A stretch of DNA of 64,000 nucleotides from Balanoglossus misakiensis (GCA_040954595.2 CM082582.2:11027483-11091482); one strand, 5' to 3'. Shown: positions 1 through 15,800, numbered from the stretch's first letter. A program made the numbers and translations. The notes: generated by a model not told the origin, from the letters alone.

Positions 1-375
1 TTTAGTCAAATACGCCGACCTTTAACACGGAATGCGCGTCTCAGTGCGTTTTCTGAAAGGGAATATTTACTCACGGCTAAACAAAGGAGCCAATAATCCC
101 ACAAAACATTTTAGACGCTGGTGTTTAATGTACAAATTATCGAGCGAATTAATCTGAGAATCGTTTAACGACGGTCCCTGCTAAAACGCCCGAGTCGCCG
201 ATTATGGCGTAATATATTTTACAAATACGGTTTCATTCTGTGTTATGAAAATATGAAGAGAGTTTATATATTTAATATATTAACTCTCGCGAGAAATTCG
301 ACCACTAGGGAATGGATGTGAATATGTATACATTGAAATTTCTCCCCACACTTATAGATCTCAATTCTCTTTCAG

Positions 376-813
376 CATATCTGCAAGACCTCGTACACCA
401 GTATGCCTGCATTCACAACATCAGCCATGCCACAGGTGAGGTTCACTCCCACCGGGGGGCGGAGGAGACGACCTACCAGAACAGCCTGGATTGCACCGTC
501 ACCATCAACGCCGAGCCAGGCAAAAGAATAAACATTCGATTTGACTTTTTCGACCTGTCGTCCATGTACGACACGATTTTAAAACAGTGCCGGGGAAACG
601 GCGACAGGGTATATATTTACGACAAGGGGGACATTCTCCTCATTCGTAACGACAAGGAAATACCGCAGGTCACTTTGTGTGGGGGCACGGGCACTTTTCC
701 GTCGGATCACCAGTCAACCGGAAATGTCGTCACACTCAGGTTCATAAGCGACGGCGCCACGACGGAAGACAAGGGTTTCAAGTTTATCTATACACAGTTT
801 ACGACTCCAAGCG
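376..813 (+). CDS. Gene A exon: CUB domain
   Basis: Acceptor tttcag|C at 375/376 and donor G|gtaagt at 813/814; 438 nt, phase 1-1; CUB motifs lie in ORF 312..821. Confidence 0.9.
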
Positions 814-3800
814 GTAAGTGAAAGTTTACCACCACCATCCTCGAAAATGAGTCTACACATTTTTGTTTCATGTAAACAACAACAGGGAATAAATACCTCA
901 GGTGATGTGGTCACGTGAGGGGAGGGATAGGGTCACGTGAGGGGAGGGATAAAAGGGGTGCTAAAAGTGACGACAATAACAGCAACAGCAAAAATACTAC
1001 AACTCACAGCGCACTCTCAGAACCTGTAGATGTTTGCCATGACCAGATACCCTGCACCCAGGCATCGGCAGAAATATCGATATCATTAAGATGCAAGTCT
1101 ATAATCAGGCGCAATAAATACAGTGAGGAACCAACTGTTACAGAATTAAAAACTCATTAACTGTGATTTTATCTTGTTAGCTAATGCATTGATATTTTCA
1201 AAGTACGCGTTCAGAAAATTGCTTTCCTGATTTATTCTAAGCCCCCCTCGTAGCATACTAATGTAGCAAAAACAAATGGCATTCTATCTGTGACGTACAT
1301 TGACCACTTGACGTCGAAGAAATTACGTCAGATTTTACGAACTCTGTGATACCAAATCTATCATCACATTACAGGTACAATGTCCGAGTTTCCTTGGTTT
1401 CAATTACCTGTAGTTTCATTCTGTCTGCCTCTATATTGAGTGTCAACTTTGATCATTTGAATTTTGAAGCACAAATGTAAAAGTTTATACACGCGCGGTA
1501 TGGCAAAACACAAATGTGTAAGCTCTATTCTTTCTAGTCGCGCGCGGCAACTTCTATCCCATCCATGGCCAGCTTCTCAAAGATGGCCGCCGCCGACAAC
1601 AAAAGTACAATGTGCACATAATTAACCTTTGCCCTCAAATTCAAAGATGTCTGCCTCCATATTGCCTGCCGAAACCGCTTGGCGATCATTATTTACAACC
1701 GAGGGCCCACAGATGGTTGCCTCCGTGTGCAGTTTGATCCCCAAGACAGTAAGCGCAATTCAAAACTGCAAAATTAGATTGCTGTTCGGTCGTACCGGAG
1801 AAAAAAAGGCAGACGGCGACCCCTTTATTAGATTAGTCAATGGGAATTTTCAGAGCGAAACACTTCTTTCAAGATGCGTGCTATTCCCTTGTTTAAAATT
1901 TAAAGACTCTGGCGCGACTAGCAGTTACAATAATCCTTCGAGTAATCCAAGTTTGATTACAAACATTCCAATGGGGAGGCGATGTGCCGCACAGTTTCGC
2001 TGAGAGATTATCATTTAAACGCGTGTATTAAGTAGACGTTGGCTTTTACGCTGCAGCAGACGTGTACTACGTCTAGTACATGTTGCTCAAAATTAATGCA
2101 CTTTGAAAACATTTTAGACTTACGAGTATTAACATATCCGTAGTTAAATCTCAGTGGAATATTGTTGTGTTTTGATCAGTTTTGCGATACGATCCAAGAC
2201 GGCTGACTGATAGCCGTTTGTTCAAGTTCTTCAGATCCGCGGGGCGACGGAGTTTCAGTTTTGCCTTTGTGCCACCTTTGGAATTTACAGAGAAATTGTA
2301 TTTTATAGTGAGCTCATTAGCGTCAAAGTTGATTTTATGTATGCCTCACAGGATACGACAGGGAACCACAGTTTGCTCGACTCTGTCTATAAACATACAT
2401 GTAACGCCGATGAGAGACTAATTAAGCCTGGGAAACGTAAACTCAAGCCTCGCACACCAATTCCACTGGATGTCCTACTCATAGTTAAACACGTGTAGTG
2501 TAGACTTTATCTTTGACCAGAAACCATGGAAATTGATAAAATATTGACAAAAGCGACTGCTAAAAAAGTATTCAACAAACATGGAAATCGCTGCAGTAAT
2601 TGCATGCACCGATGCGCTAACAGCTCTCGTAAATGGACCTCCGATGTTCAAACACAACCAAATTAAATTGTCTAGAGTTTCAGAACCTACATTAGCGCCT
2701 AATTGTCAAAGTAAATCGTCCATCTCGCCCAGCCACAGAAAAAAAATCACCAATCGAAATCGCGCATGCGTAGCGTAATCACCAGGAAGCAGAACTTGGG
2801 TGATGTTTTGGCACACATCTACTATTGGCCTTCAGATTATACCCCATGAAATTAAACGCGAATTTGTGGTCATTTACAAGATATATAGGAGCTGTATATA
2901 TAAATGCATGTATACACATGTGTCTGTGTATACAGAAATGTGGTTGTTTGAGTTGACCTCATTGGCACTCTCAGGTCAAATCTGGTTTGCAATTAGATCC
3001 CCAACCATAAGGAACGATCTCCTAGCACCTTTTTGATAAAGTTTTCTTTGCAACGGTGTTTGTACAACCCATGTGCACAGCGTGACAAAACTCGGCTGGA
3101 TATTTGTGTTTAGTTGGGATGACGAGAGAAGAAAAGGCAACCACGCGTCCCGTCGAGTTTGTCGATTATTTGGACAAGGAGGGAGTACGGAGTTTATAAA
3201 CGAAGCAATGAAAACAAATTAAACTCCCTATTTCGTTTACACGCTACGAGATCCGACTGGAATTTCCGAACAGTATAGAGCTCCAGTCAACCGTTTATTC
3301 GTATCACTTTTCTACACACGTCCCACGGACAGCTTGGAAGACGAACACACAGCTTACAGCAGACACAGAACACGTGGACTCTTTCCCACGTTCGTCATCG
3401 GGTAGTGGCTGTAACTTTGTTTTGTGTATCAGCTTCTAAGGGACCCTTTGCGTCAGTGAACTTGATGATGTGGCGAAAACGTGTGTTGCCAGGGTTGTGA
3501 TGTTGCAAGAAGCAGCGATCTTGCAACTACTGACTCAATCCACACGTACCGTCCCGCCCGATGTAAACCTTGGGGCGGGATTTCAACTTTCTATCCTTCA
3601 ACATCTTCCCTTACAAAGCTTTCTCACACTAAACCCTGTCTTCAAGGAATCCCCCATAGACAGGGGTCGAAGGTCAAAACCCACTCGCTTCAATTGACTA
3701 TCTGTCTTTCATCTGAAGTCAAGCGTGGCGAGCTACGAGCGTTTGTACTCCTCTACTGAAGGGTATTCTTGTCAAACTGTACATCAATTGACATGTTAAG

Positions 3801-6800
3801 AGGTACTTACATTGACCCTTATCACCTATAATATATTCATTTTTGATAAATGAATATGGACCGATGCTTTACAGGAAATCGCGTACGACTTTCGCTCACA
3901 GAAATGGATTGCCTTATTACATGTGCTCACGTAGTTTTTTCAAGCTTTCAACTCCCACCGAAGCTTCGTTGAAGGAGATGGCTATTTTGTATTTGTAAAA
4001 ATTCTCACTGATAATTATTCGTGTGTCTAAAATCCAAAATGGCCGCCATTCTACTCGATATGGCATCATGTGTCCACAGAGGGGAAAAAATCCATACGTG
4101 GCACTCGGAAAGAAGAAAGGAAGACTTATAGCATTCGTTCAGATTGCGTCTAGATAAAGAGGTGGCATGTGGTTGTACATACGCTGTACATGAAAGGTGT
4201 GGATTCTGAAAGATGGCGGGGCTGACAGACGTGGATAGTACACCGGAGGCTCCCTTCATTCGTTCGCCACATGATGTTTTGAAAGCCGTTGAACCCCGGG
4301 TGTCACACGCAAAGGTCAGGGGCGAAAAGTCAGGAGTGATTGCAGAACTGCAATCTAATCCACACATTTCAGAAGTTACACAGTGTATAGAGGTAATCAT
4401 GGCTGCGGGCCAAAATACAATCCGAGTAGTACATTTGCAGCGGAATGAGAACGTTAATGTACAGGTCTTATCGCTCATGAATATCACGAACGCGTATATG
4501 TAATTCGCCTTTACAATAACCACGCGGGCGGTTTGCATAACCCGGCAAGAAATCAACCCGCGGAAATAAACAAATTCGACACTTCATCGCCGATCGGGTA
4601 ATTCTCGTGGACGCTGGAAGGGTCAAAAGAATGAAAATAAAATTTAACGCCGGTGCTAATAGACTTAATAAGATTTTTTGAAGAATGGGACCCCTAAAAT
4701 GTGCCAGCAGAATTACCCATACAAGAATGCACCGGAGCTGTTGGTTGATTTCCCTGTGGATTTGTAATCTCTCCATATACACGTCTTGGTCGACGTACTT
4801 TCTTTTCAATCACATAATTCTTGAAGCTTTAGACCCAAGTCCATCCAGCATTTACGCTTAAACAAGTTTTAATAGTGAAAAATAAGCAGGCGTGGGTCTG
4901 TGCTCTTAAATTTTGCAGACACGTCATCTTGCATTTGATGTATCCACGATAAGTCACCGCTCGAACTGTCGAAAGGAAAGGTATTAAAACTGCAGCCGAG
5001 ATATTGGAAGACTGGGTTGGTTATTAATATTCATGGGCTTTGATGAGCGCTGTGAGCGATCTCTAGCTGTCGGGAAATGGTACACGTAGAAGAGATTTGG
5101 ATGCCTCTAAAATAAGCATGGCGACGCACTGTTCAATTACGACACTCGTGCATAATACAATATCGGACACCAATCGCCATTAATTGCTACTAATTGCCCG
5201 AGTATTGACGCATACGGTAGTGCTGGCGAGTAATTCAAATGGATTTGTGTGCTAAAAGGTTTTGCAGGTCTCCCACACTATAAATTTAGTTGAATGAACT
5301 TTCAGTTGTTTTTGAGCATGGGAATAATTGCACAAACGGTGTGACGTGAAACAAATGGTTTGAACAAAGCAATATATTTAAAATTGACATTAATCAAAAC
5401 AATTATGCCATGCCCCTGATATAATAGTCTTATCCATCATGTCACTATACAATCCATCATCCACGATTACTGAGAACTTCTGCCTGTGACATGGGAACGT
5501 GGTAGATCCCGCCATACTTCGGCGGATTTTCTTTGAAGTGATTTATGCAAATGATGGGGTATGAAAACCTTCGCTTTCGAATTCCGCGAAGAGGTATAAA
5601 CACTCCTGAAAGTAAGAGGAAACGCAAATGGGAAAATACTCGAGAATTTCACACGTACCGAACATCTTTTAGAACTGTTTACAAACAAACAAAAACTTTG
5701 GAGGTCCCTACGCACGTTTAGATATAGTGCCAATATTTGAAATTCCAAAATGTCCGCCATACTCGGCCCTAAGTGTTGTTAGTTCAGTTGAGTTGTTGAT
5801 TTTCTCGTGACAAACATTCTTACTATGTAAACTACTAACAAGCACAAACATAAGTGCGGCGAAAATGTACAGATTTAAAGGATTTAATTACACTGCATTT
5901 AATTTTGTTGTTTTATTGTCTTTTTTGTCTACGCTTCTGTTGAGGCTTCAAGGTATGAACATTCGGGTGAATATTCAAATCGAAAAACAGTTGGATAGGT
6001 AGACTCTTTTTTACAGTAAATCCACTTGCGCCGTGCCTCATTCAAGTTGTATTAAGTTCGGTTTTGAATGAAAGCAATTAGCGATGTCGTCAACTACGTA
6101 CAGTTAATTGCAAACTGGTGCAAATGGGTATTCAGGAACTCTGATAGCAATTAGTAAAGTAAATTGGCCCATATCAGCATTAAAACCGCTTAGTTAAACG
6201 GTCCATGTGTTTCCGCTCTTGGTGAACAGCTGTGATAAAAGGCTGGGCACATCAACATATACTTAAAATGTTTATATGCTCCATACATTGTTCGAGGGTC
6301 GGGAAGAGGGGGAGGCGTTGACAATTATGTACGCTCACAGGTGGTACGCTTTGCATAAAAATCAGAAATCACGTGACTTCCCCACCGCGCGAGTGGGGGT
6401 AATAGTATTACCGGTGAAGTAAGGCGATGTCGCCGTTAATTATCGTCCACACCCGTTATCACGCCGTCAAAATTAACCGAAAATCGCCCACGACGCCCTT
6501 CCTTGCCTCATTCGTATTGATTTCCCCGACCAATATCACCAATTCTTGTCTATAGCCGCTGCCGTAGGGGCGGCAATCTTGGGCTTGTCAGATGTCGTTA
6601 GAGTCTCAACACTCTGGTTACCCTGGCGATTAATTTCATAAAATTGCCACTGCAGCGTGCGCTATTGAATGAGACAGGTCGCATTCAAGTATACATTGAC
6701 CTCTTGTCTGACTCATTCGAATGTGCTGTAGTTTCCCCCACCCCACCCTCTCACTCAGCGTTTGCAACAAGAAGGACACATGTGTTCACAATTTTTCATA

Positions 6801-9800
6801 AAAAATAAACACAATGCACGAAGTTATATAGTTCACTGGGTACAGGGGCTGTACTCTGCTGGCAACGACACACGCTTGTCAACTTATACAACCATTCAGA
6901 AAACCCCGAACACAGCGAAAGATTTCCTCGCCAACGACCTCCCGAATGGATAATCCGCGTGGACATATACTGCTCAACGCGAAACCATGGCAACTGCCAT
7001 TATTGGCGCACAGGCTAAGCAGTTGCGTAATCGATATGTGATTTTTTTGCTCGGTTAAATAGAACTGTGCGTGACAGTTAGACCAGACTCGGTCTTGTTT
7101 CCGTTGTAGATTCTCGTGTTTTGTTCACACAGACAATGAGACTCGGAAACGACTTGCAGAATGTAAATGTTCATCGCTATTGAAACGATGTTTTAGAACA
7201 GAATTGTATTGTGCGGATTGAATGGTCTGTTTTCACGACCCTGCATTGTTAACGTTCGACATGTGTGTTTTTGAACTAATATGTTGATTCATTGAAAACA
7301 CAATGTTATGTTTTTTCAAGTAGATGTAATATATTGATTCAAAATGAGTGACAGTTGGCACTATAATATCGATCAGGCCAGCATTACTGTATGCGTCAAA
7401 ACAATATGGGTTTACATGGCTGTATATTGAGACGCAACTTCCTGACTTTATATGCGTCATAGAAAGAGGTTTTGAAACTGTTCAGACGGAATAGCGCGCG
7501 TAGGATAAGTTTGTGTTGTGCTGTGTTGATTTGAGTAGAGTTGAGTTGATCTTTAGTTGAGTTTGGTTGAGTTGAGAGTGATTCATCCTGTTTTCACACT
7601 CTAATTAGGAGAGTTTGTTTGGGGCATGTTGTGGAATTCGACAGTGTTGATTGATTGGCCGAGTTTGAAGACAACTATTGCTCGCAACAAAGGGTCACGT
7701 TTCTGGCCAGCTGGAGAAGTGCGCAAAATCACATTCTTACAATCAATAACAACTAAACGGGAACAAAGATGCTTATGTCAGTTGTTTTGGCCATCAACAA
7801 TGACAGCTAGGTCAGAAATGTAGACAATTCCAAAATGCAAATTTGTTAGGGGTGTCGCGATCATACCATGAATGGGAAAAAAATGATTGCTTCTTCAAAG
7901 CTAAAACATTAACGGCTCAGTTTTAAACATTTCTGCGTAATGAGGATTTAAACAAGACGATACAAGGTAAAGTCTAGTATTATTTCTGTGGCGGGTTGAC
8001 TGGTACTGATTGTAGATCTCAATTAAACGAAGAATTTACACGATCTGGTGTCACTCTGAACGTGGTTTCGTATTGCTCCCATTTGGATAACATCTGTAGA
8101 AGTTCTACCCTTTGACAGTGCGCGTATCTCCGCGACGTTTTCTCCCTTCACCGACAGCCTTGCTGAGACCTCCCATGTTGTTATCGAGACAGATGGACAA
8201 ATCTATGCTTTGATAATGAAATATTTAACATTCAAAATTAAGTCTCGTCTGATTGCGCAATTGTAATGAGGAAGATGGTTTGTTCAAATGACAATGTCGA
8301 CCACAAAATTCCTAATCTAATCTTGTGCTGTAACGATCTCGTAATAACCGAAATTAATAATCCCATTTCGCATCTACGTATTCCCGCGGAAAGCCACGGG
8401 ACTTCCGAAAAACCCCGAGGCGAGCGGTCTCTTATTTTTTCTGAAATATTATTCATCGAGAGCCCGTTTCCTTTGGAAGAACGCCGTGACAGGCAAGACT
8501 TCCTCGTGCATTTGAAATCCGGATTAACGTGTGTAAAACGAGACAGGTGATTTTTTTGTGATTGTGGAAATTGTCAAAGAGTGGTCGTGACATCCGCGGG
8601 GCAAGCATTCGTATGTTAACTCATTTGCATACAGGGGGACATGCACATGTGCCAATCTCTTTGTTGTAAGCAGCATTACATCAATGTATCTAATTTTCAA
8701 ATAACTCGCCGAAGATGAACACAGCTAGCATCCTGCAAAAATGCGATTGTATTACTTTCCCCTTTTCCGCGGCCACGTGACTAGCATAAAAATAAATCAC
8801 CGGTGCGCCTGTTTTTCGGTAAATTGTGAAAGAAATAAGGCGGGAATTCGACCTACATGTGGTTGTGTAAGACGAGCGGAAGGCCGTAGTATCGTCTGGT
8901 TTTAATGAGAAATTTGATGAAATTCTAAGGATTTTTGTATCACCCGTCTAAGCTGTAATTGTGTCGGCGGACTAAATCCTTGCCGTGGCTGCGTAAGATA
9001 GATGGAGAGGCGATCAACTCAATATGACGTCTTGCCGGGCTTAGTACAGTTCTGAAAAAAGATCGAGCTCACACAAAAAAAACACAGGTAGTTGATTGAA
9101 AAATGTGAGGCAATTAACAGCAACTTGGCTGCCTTCGACGCACACGACCAGTAAGGTCACTTGTCCAAGGGCAATGGGGCTTCCTCACAGCTACTCGCAA
9201 GAAAGCCAGCGGAGTCTTTAGTCGATGTTTTCAATGAACTTCTGTCAATCTTGTTTAGGACTGACATGTAATAAATCTGTCCGCTCATCCCGTCCGGGGC
9301 TGCTGAAATCTCCATCTTAGAAATTGGCCTGTCAATCACATAACGTTGGCTCTCTTCCCCTCACTGCTGGACAGAAGGACAGAATCACGACCTTGAAACC
9401 ACGAAATAGAACATTTTCCCCCAAAATCCTTCAGCCACCCCTAAGAAATCAAATGGTTCTCCCCTTAAACCTGATCGGTTAGTCAAGTCCGTTTTCACCA
9501 GTTACCAACATTCACTATAGCATGTTTACTGTGACATTTGATAAGGGGAAAATCGGTTATCGTGAATTTGGAAGTACAATGTAGACAGGAGGGCGACTTT
9601 AATTTAATGGCAGTCTAGAGGATTAGGTTATTTCAAAACGGGCGCCATGGTCTAATTTCAAAATATTGCACGTAATCTTTTAGTTTATACCATGTCATTT
9701 TCGTATGCTGAAGTTTCAAAAAATATTAGATATCTTTACCAGCACACGTCGAATCGATGCCAAGAGACATATTTAGCACTCGCATATGTCGATTTGTCAT

Positions 9801-12800
9801 TTGGTACGATCTGTAATTTTCTTCGTGATCATTTCAAAGTTTGAATGTGATGGGTTGTATGGTTCGATTTCCAAGTGAAATGACGTCCGGAACACATTTT
9901 CACCGAGTGAAAATTGTACGAACCGACACTAGAATGTTGTGTCTTGGATTTTAATATGTGTCCAAACAACTGTCGTTGTCAGAGCAAAATTGCGCGCAAT
10001 AACCGTTTCATGTCAGGATAGTGGAGGATAATTTAGATGTTTAGAATATGGAGGATGTAATTTAGCCATAGCAACAGCAACGAGCGCGAGAGATGATATC
10101 CCACGACCGGCGGTCTCTCGGCGAGATCACAATTTTCAGACAATAAAGATTTTTGTTGCGATTGCGACATAATGATCTTTGTTCCGAAGTAAAACTGCAG
10201 ATACATAAATGCTGTATATTTTGTGAATGATGTACTGTCGTGTACCTCCTTCTGTGCTACGGGAAGCGCGAAAAACCCTGTCCTAATACCAACATTTATT
10301 GTTGATAAGTGAAAGCAGGTGGCGAAAGGTTGCTGGAGGTCACGGCGAGGTCGAGGTACAGAGTAATTGGCCGGAGATAAAACGTGAGAAAAGGAAGTAA
10401 TTTGTTTTGCAAAGAGAGCAGTCAAAACATAAATGCGAAACGTAAGACGATCCTCCATGTCTTGGCCGCTGGAAAACGATACGTGACGACACACGGCGCA
10501 GCGCATTAGGAAGCAGACGACAGAAACTCCCGCCAAGAAAGAAGATACAGTGGAGGTGCCCTGGCAAATTGACACCAATAACAGGGACTGATACTGGCTA
10601 CATTAATATATCACTCAGTGGGTTATCACGTCATTGCAAATTTCAACAATGCCATCTAAACGTTGTACAGGAATGCCCGCCTGATATGAACGACAGGGGC
10701 CCATACATACAACGTGCGCGTCGGCCATTACATCCAATCAACCAACCAACCAACCAACAAAAAAAACAGCATATATGAACACAAAAGCAAAGCACGAGGA
10801 AACAAAGAACGAGCAAACTCCTCTCTGGTAAGCGGAATCATGGGAAATATCAATGGCGGAATGTTTGAATTCACGCGCGCCATAATGACCAATCCACGGT
10901 GCATACGCCAAACTATTGAATTTCGCAAAGACTTCTCCAAAACATCGTCACAGATTTACGCAGAAAAAACGGGAGATGGAACCAATTGGGTTGACAAGAA
11001 TTATTGGGTGGGGTCGAAAGGTTGTTTAAGTCTGGCGTAACATTTCAAAAAAATTGTTGATCAATGGCTGTCTGGTGACCCCCATTACACCTGTCACACC
11101 CCATGAGACTGGTCACGTGATGCTTGATTGATCAGCGGTGGGGCTTCGAGTCACAAAGTGCGTTGTAGAAATCAAAATGTTTATTTTTGTGTCGACAGCC
11201 CATTTCCAACTCCGATTATATGGGATAAAGATAGTTACATTTGACATGACCTTTTTTTCTAACATGGACATTTCAAAGCAACGAGGCACCAACCTAGTAT
11301 TCGTGGAGTGTGATTGGTTAAGATGAGTCACGACCACGTGCTCACGCCTCCGCCATCTTGCTTTTCTCAATCAATTTCAAAGGGGTCAAATATTATTGGC
11401 TTACCCTGGTGTAATTGCAATATTTTGAGAATGCTTTCTGTGTGGACCAAGAGATTTGAAACATTTGGTTATTGACGGATACAGTCAGTGATGGCCAAAC
11501 CGTCTCAGAAGATCCACAGTCGCGCTTCCAATATTATTCCAAACTGTTTTTCCAACTCGATTTATGTTTTCTCTTTTCTGCAGACGATGCAACAGATTGC
11601 TTTCAGTGTGAAGATGGCACCATGTGCATAGACCAAGATCTCGTCTGCAATGATCTCAACAACTGCAATGACAACAGTGACGAGAAGAACGCTGACTGTA
11701 ACGACGGTAGGTTGTCAAGACCCCCCCCCCCCCCTCTTTCTTTCCGAACACGAAAGCAGCGCGTGCGCAGAAATGGCAAAAACAAAGTGCAGACTACACT
11801 GCGGGCATCCGACCGAGGGCCGCATTTTAAAGATCCGTTATTTATTTTCTGCAGTGTCTTGATGATCAGCAGGAAAAGCGTAAAAACAGGGGGGGAAATG
11901 ATTTGTTTTCTTCTCGTAAAGAAAGATCGGAAAGGGACACACACGCGTGCTGAAATCGCATCGTTTCTGTCCGGTTTGCGTGAAAGTTCTCCGTTCCGCG
12001 TGACATATGCCAAATTTACGAGGTCTGCCGTGACACTGTGTATCCCTGCGTCATTCAATTTAAGAAAGCGATTACTTCGGTTTCCAGTGTACACGACGAA
12101 TTATGAGCGGAACAGAGTTTCTGGGGGTAAAGGTGCCGGAATGAATTCGATTGAGACTCGCGGAACGTTGTCAAGCGAACCCAAATAAATCTGTCTGAAA
12201 CGCTGACAAGTATTGTTATAGATTTAACATATGACGGAGTTGTATGTTAGCATCTCGCCAAAAGTCACAACCCCGTGATACGCAGTTCGTAGATGGATAG
12301 TGGGAATCGCGACTACGAAGGGTGGGCGGACTGAGGTGGTTAGCCTCTGCCGTCTTGATGCATGACGCAATAGAAAAAAATAAGTGAATTATACATAGCA
12401 AGACTCAGAAAAATAATGTGCACTATTCGAATCACTGCTAAGAATAGACTATTTGCCGCATTTTTGACAGTTTGTGTATTGCAAGATCTCCCTTGGTGGT
12501 CTGGGAGCCTAGTCTATTTCACCCGCGCGCGCGTTATCACAGGACGCGCAACATCAGCGGCTGTATGCACACAGTTGCTTGCTGTATATCATTTGGGTTC
12601 ATTGTTTGGATATATGATATGCCCTCTTTCAGCTTCCTTGGAATAAAATATTAAAAATGTGAAATTACACGAGCTGTCTTTCGTTTCCTGGGCCCTCAGG
12701 CACTCTGTTTTAATTTTCACAATGTCTTGCGCGGGAGTTGCAGTAGCACGATGAAATATTAATCGCATGAAAGTGTCGCATCAATGTATACCACTGTAGC

Positions 12801-15800
12801 CGTGCTCGGGTTGTCAGCAAGGGCGAGCGCGAGATAATAGTCATGTGAGCATTTTCGTGAAACATAAGAGTACACAAAAGATGTCCGTCGCATTCCCTGT
12901 GGAATGGATGCTATAGTTTGACACTGGCTTCGTCAATTTTTTATTTCCTCGCAGCAATATTGCATTTCAGGTATTGCTATCTCATATGACATGTGCACTT
13001 AGCACAGTATGCGCCAATCTTTCCTGGATGACCCGAACAACGGAAAAGGCTGCCTCTGTCAGATAGCGTTCTTCGTGCATGCATTATTTAGGGACAACAT
13101 CATCGTCCACATTGGCATTTTCGATGCACTTGCATTATTTATTAGCAAGTGCCTCCCACCGATGGCCGCGCGTCTTTTGTTAATCTGTCTTTGATTGACA
13201 GATTTCGGTGACCCGCGCGACACACGCGTAGATTGTGTCGTCTGAACCATATCTTCATTTCCTGTTCCCATTACCATCATGGGCTGGATTTAAAAATTCA
13301 TCGTGGACATCCTTCTGTTGGAGCCACGCTATGTCGGGGAAATGCGGGCTCGGCAAGCCCCCGCGGTTCTGACGCCGATTGAAACGGCCGTTGTAGGGCG
13401 ATTTAGTCAGCAGTATTAATTTTATTGTAATCTCTACGATTGATTCATTTTGGTTCTGTAATGGCATATTAAACACATCGTTTGCAATTCCCCTATTTGC
13501 AATATACTGCCGACGCACCGGATCGTTATTACTTGAAACCAAACTGTATAAAACGCTGCTTGTTTTACTACGTGTGATAAAATGCTGTAAAGTGCCAGAA
13601 TAATTGTTCGGGAGTAAAAAGGGGCCTTGTAAAAGTCAACATGGAGGAGTTATATAGTACTTGGAATGGTGAACACAGTCCAGGAATGTGTTCGTCCACC
13701 AAATGGCTCTCACGTTTCTGCAATTACGTACATTGCGGCGAAAACCAGCTGGTTGCGCTCAGCGGTCCGCGTGTCCGACATGCCAGACCAATTCCTGGTG
13801 TCAGTCAGCAAATAGATATCCAGCAATATTTTTGAGTGGGAGGCGAGGGGGGAGGGGTGGTTGTCTTTGAATGACCTGTTCTAAAGACATTTCTACCTTG
13901 GTGCATTAACCGCTCCGGAAACCCACTCCTTCGAGACCAAAAAATAGAATTAAAGGCATTAAGGGAGAACAAATTGAGGTATTGTCTTTCCAAGGCCCCT
14001 CTTTCCCGTGTGAAAGGGGATATATTCTACTAGTGTCCCATAGAGTCCCAGCACCACCAATCGCACGCTGACTTGCGTGCGGCACTGACATTTAACCTTT
14101 TGCCAATAGTCCTACCCGAAATCAACATGAACCTGTCCAAACGGAAACCGACAGTGTAGGGAAGGGGAAAGGAGAGGGGGGTCCGTCCCTAGGGGAGGAG
14201 GGGGAGAGTACAGCCAGCAGAAGCATACAAATGTAGAAAACCAGTACTTGTATGTAATAAGGCAATAGTCGCAAATGTCATCTTCGGTCGCGCAGAACAT
14301 ACGGCGTATTGAACATTGTTTTTCAATTTGTAAGTTTGGCTTGTCACGTGTCGGACCATTAATCACATGCTCAATGACTCCGATGACAAAAATTCAAAAC
14401 AGGTTCCCGACGACAGTTGTGACCATACTGAATGTAGTCAAACTTATGGCAAACGGGTTACATGTAATATTACATATTTCAGGTGTTTTATGTGATTTTA
14501 GAAGATTTACAAGAATAATGCCTATTTCAACCTAACAACTTAATATAAACGAGCAGTCTAGATGATTCGGGCTTTCAGTTTCAGTCTCAGAACTTTGGGT
14601 AATATTTCAGGGGATTCATAACATGCCATTTCAAATATCAAAGTTTACACATCGGTTTAAATATAGCTTCATCATGACACAATGATGCGCTGCGACGTGA
14701 AGCAGACGTGTGCTTTTCCCCAGACGGCTTGGGGCTCGGTCACATTTTGTTGTTTCGCGTTACCCCCTTCTTGTAAACCGTTGAAACGAACCACCAGAAG
14801 CTGTTTTGTGGGGTTGTCTGTTCCACCCATCAATCAGAGCCTTCACGGTCTACACCTCCGACTTTCACCCGATCGTCTGGTTTTTGAAACGCGGGAAAAG
14901 GGAATACAAAGTTTGTGGTGAACACTGCCTCCTTTTTTTCTCTCTGCTCTAAAACGACTTTGTCTATATAACGGTCTACCAGTTGATCACAATACCGCGG
15001 CGGGAAACAGAATCCGCTTTTAATTGGCCGTAAATATCGAGTCAAAGACCGTACCACGTTTGAAAATAGCGTGGCAAAAAAAGTGGACTGAATGAGACTG
15101 TTGTTCTTCAGAATAGCGCCATTTCCAGATAGGATATCCGAACCCTTTCCCTTATAAAACATTCACAGGGAACACGCCATGTGAAACAATCAGCCTGGTT
15201 GTGTCTAGTTTATAAAGGAACTCAAGACAAGTCAGAGAGGTCACAGCTGCAGAACGCCCCCCCCCCCCCCCCTGAACAACAGAATGCCATATATACATGT
15301 ATACATGTACTCCGCTATCGAACTTTGTCGGCCATCGCGGAGCGGTATTATCAAACAATGCTCAATGGGCCTGTCTTAAACATCGGATAGATTTGTCGAT
15401 ATCCGTCTTATTCATGTCTATAAAGTGCACGCGTCAAAATTTAATATTTCAATTTTCTGCCCGATCTGTTCCGATTTTTCAAGCTTTCATTGAGCCGTAA
15501 TTGATATCCCGCCGCGGTCATCATCACGACTTGTCACGGTGATTTGCCCGGTAGAGGGCGCTAATCTGCAACTCAACGACGATATTGAGTTGTCATATGC
15601 GGCAATTTCTGTGAAACCTTTCGAAATAACGTGGACCTAATTGTATATTTCTTCTTTCTTTCTTTTCAGCGCCCCAAGATATTTTTGCCCTCGGCGTGGG
15701 AGTACTGGGTATTGGCGTTGTCGCTATCGTCGGGGCGACCGTGGGTGTCGTTTTCCTGATCATTCTCATCGTCTGCATCGTCTGCTGCTGCCGACTGCGC

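Noticed and set aside
3793-3802. Possible alternative first exon (ATG TTA AGA G|gtactt) for a CUB-less isoform of gene A
   Set aside because: Weak donor, no signal peptide and no independent support.
4005-4809. Overlapping 96-183 aa ORFs in gene A intron 1
   Set aside because: No recognisable domain or convincing splice structure; likely chance ORFs.
10033-11040. 181-aa and neighbouring ORFs
   Set aside because: No domain motifs, intronic, and composition is not protein-like.
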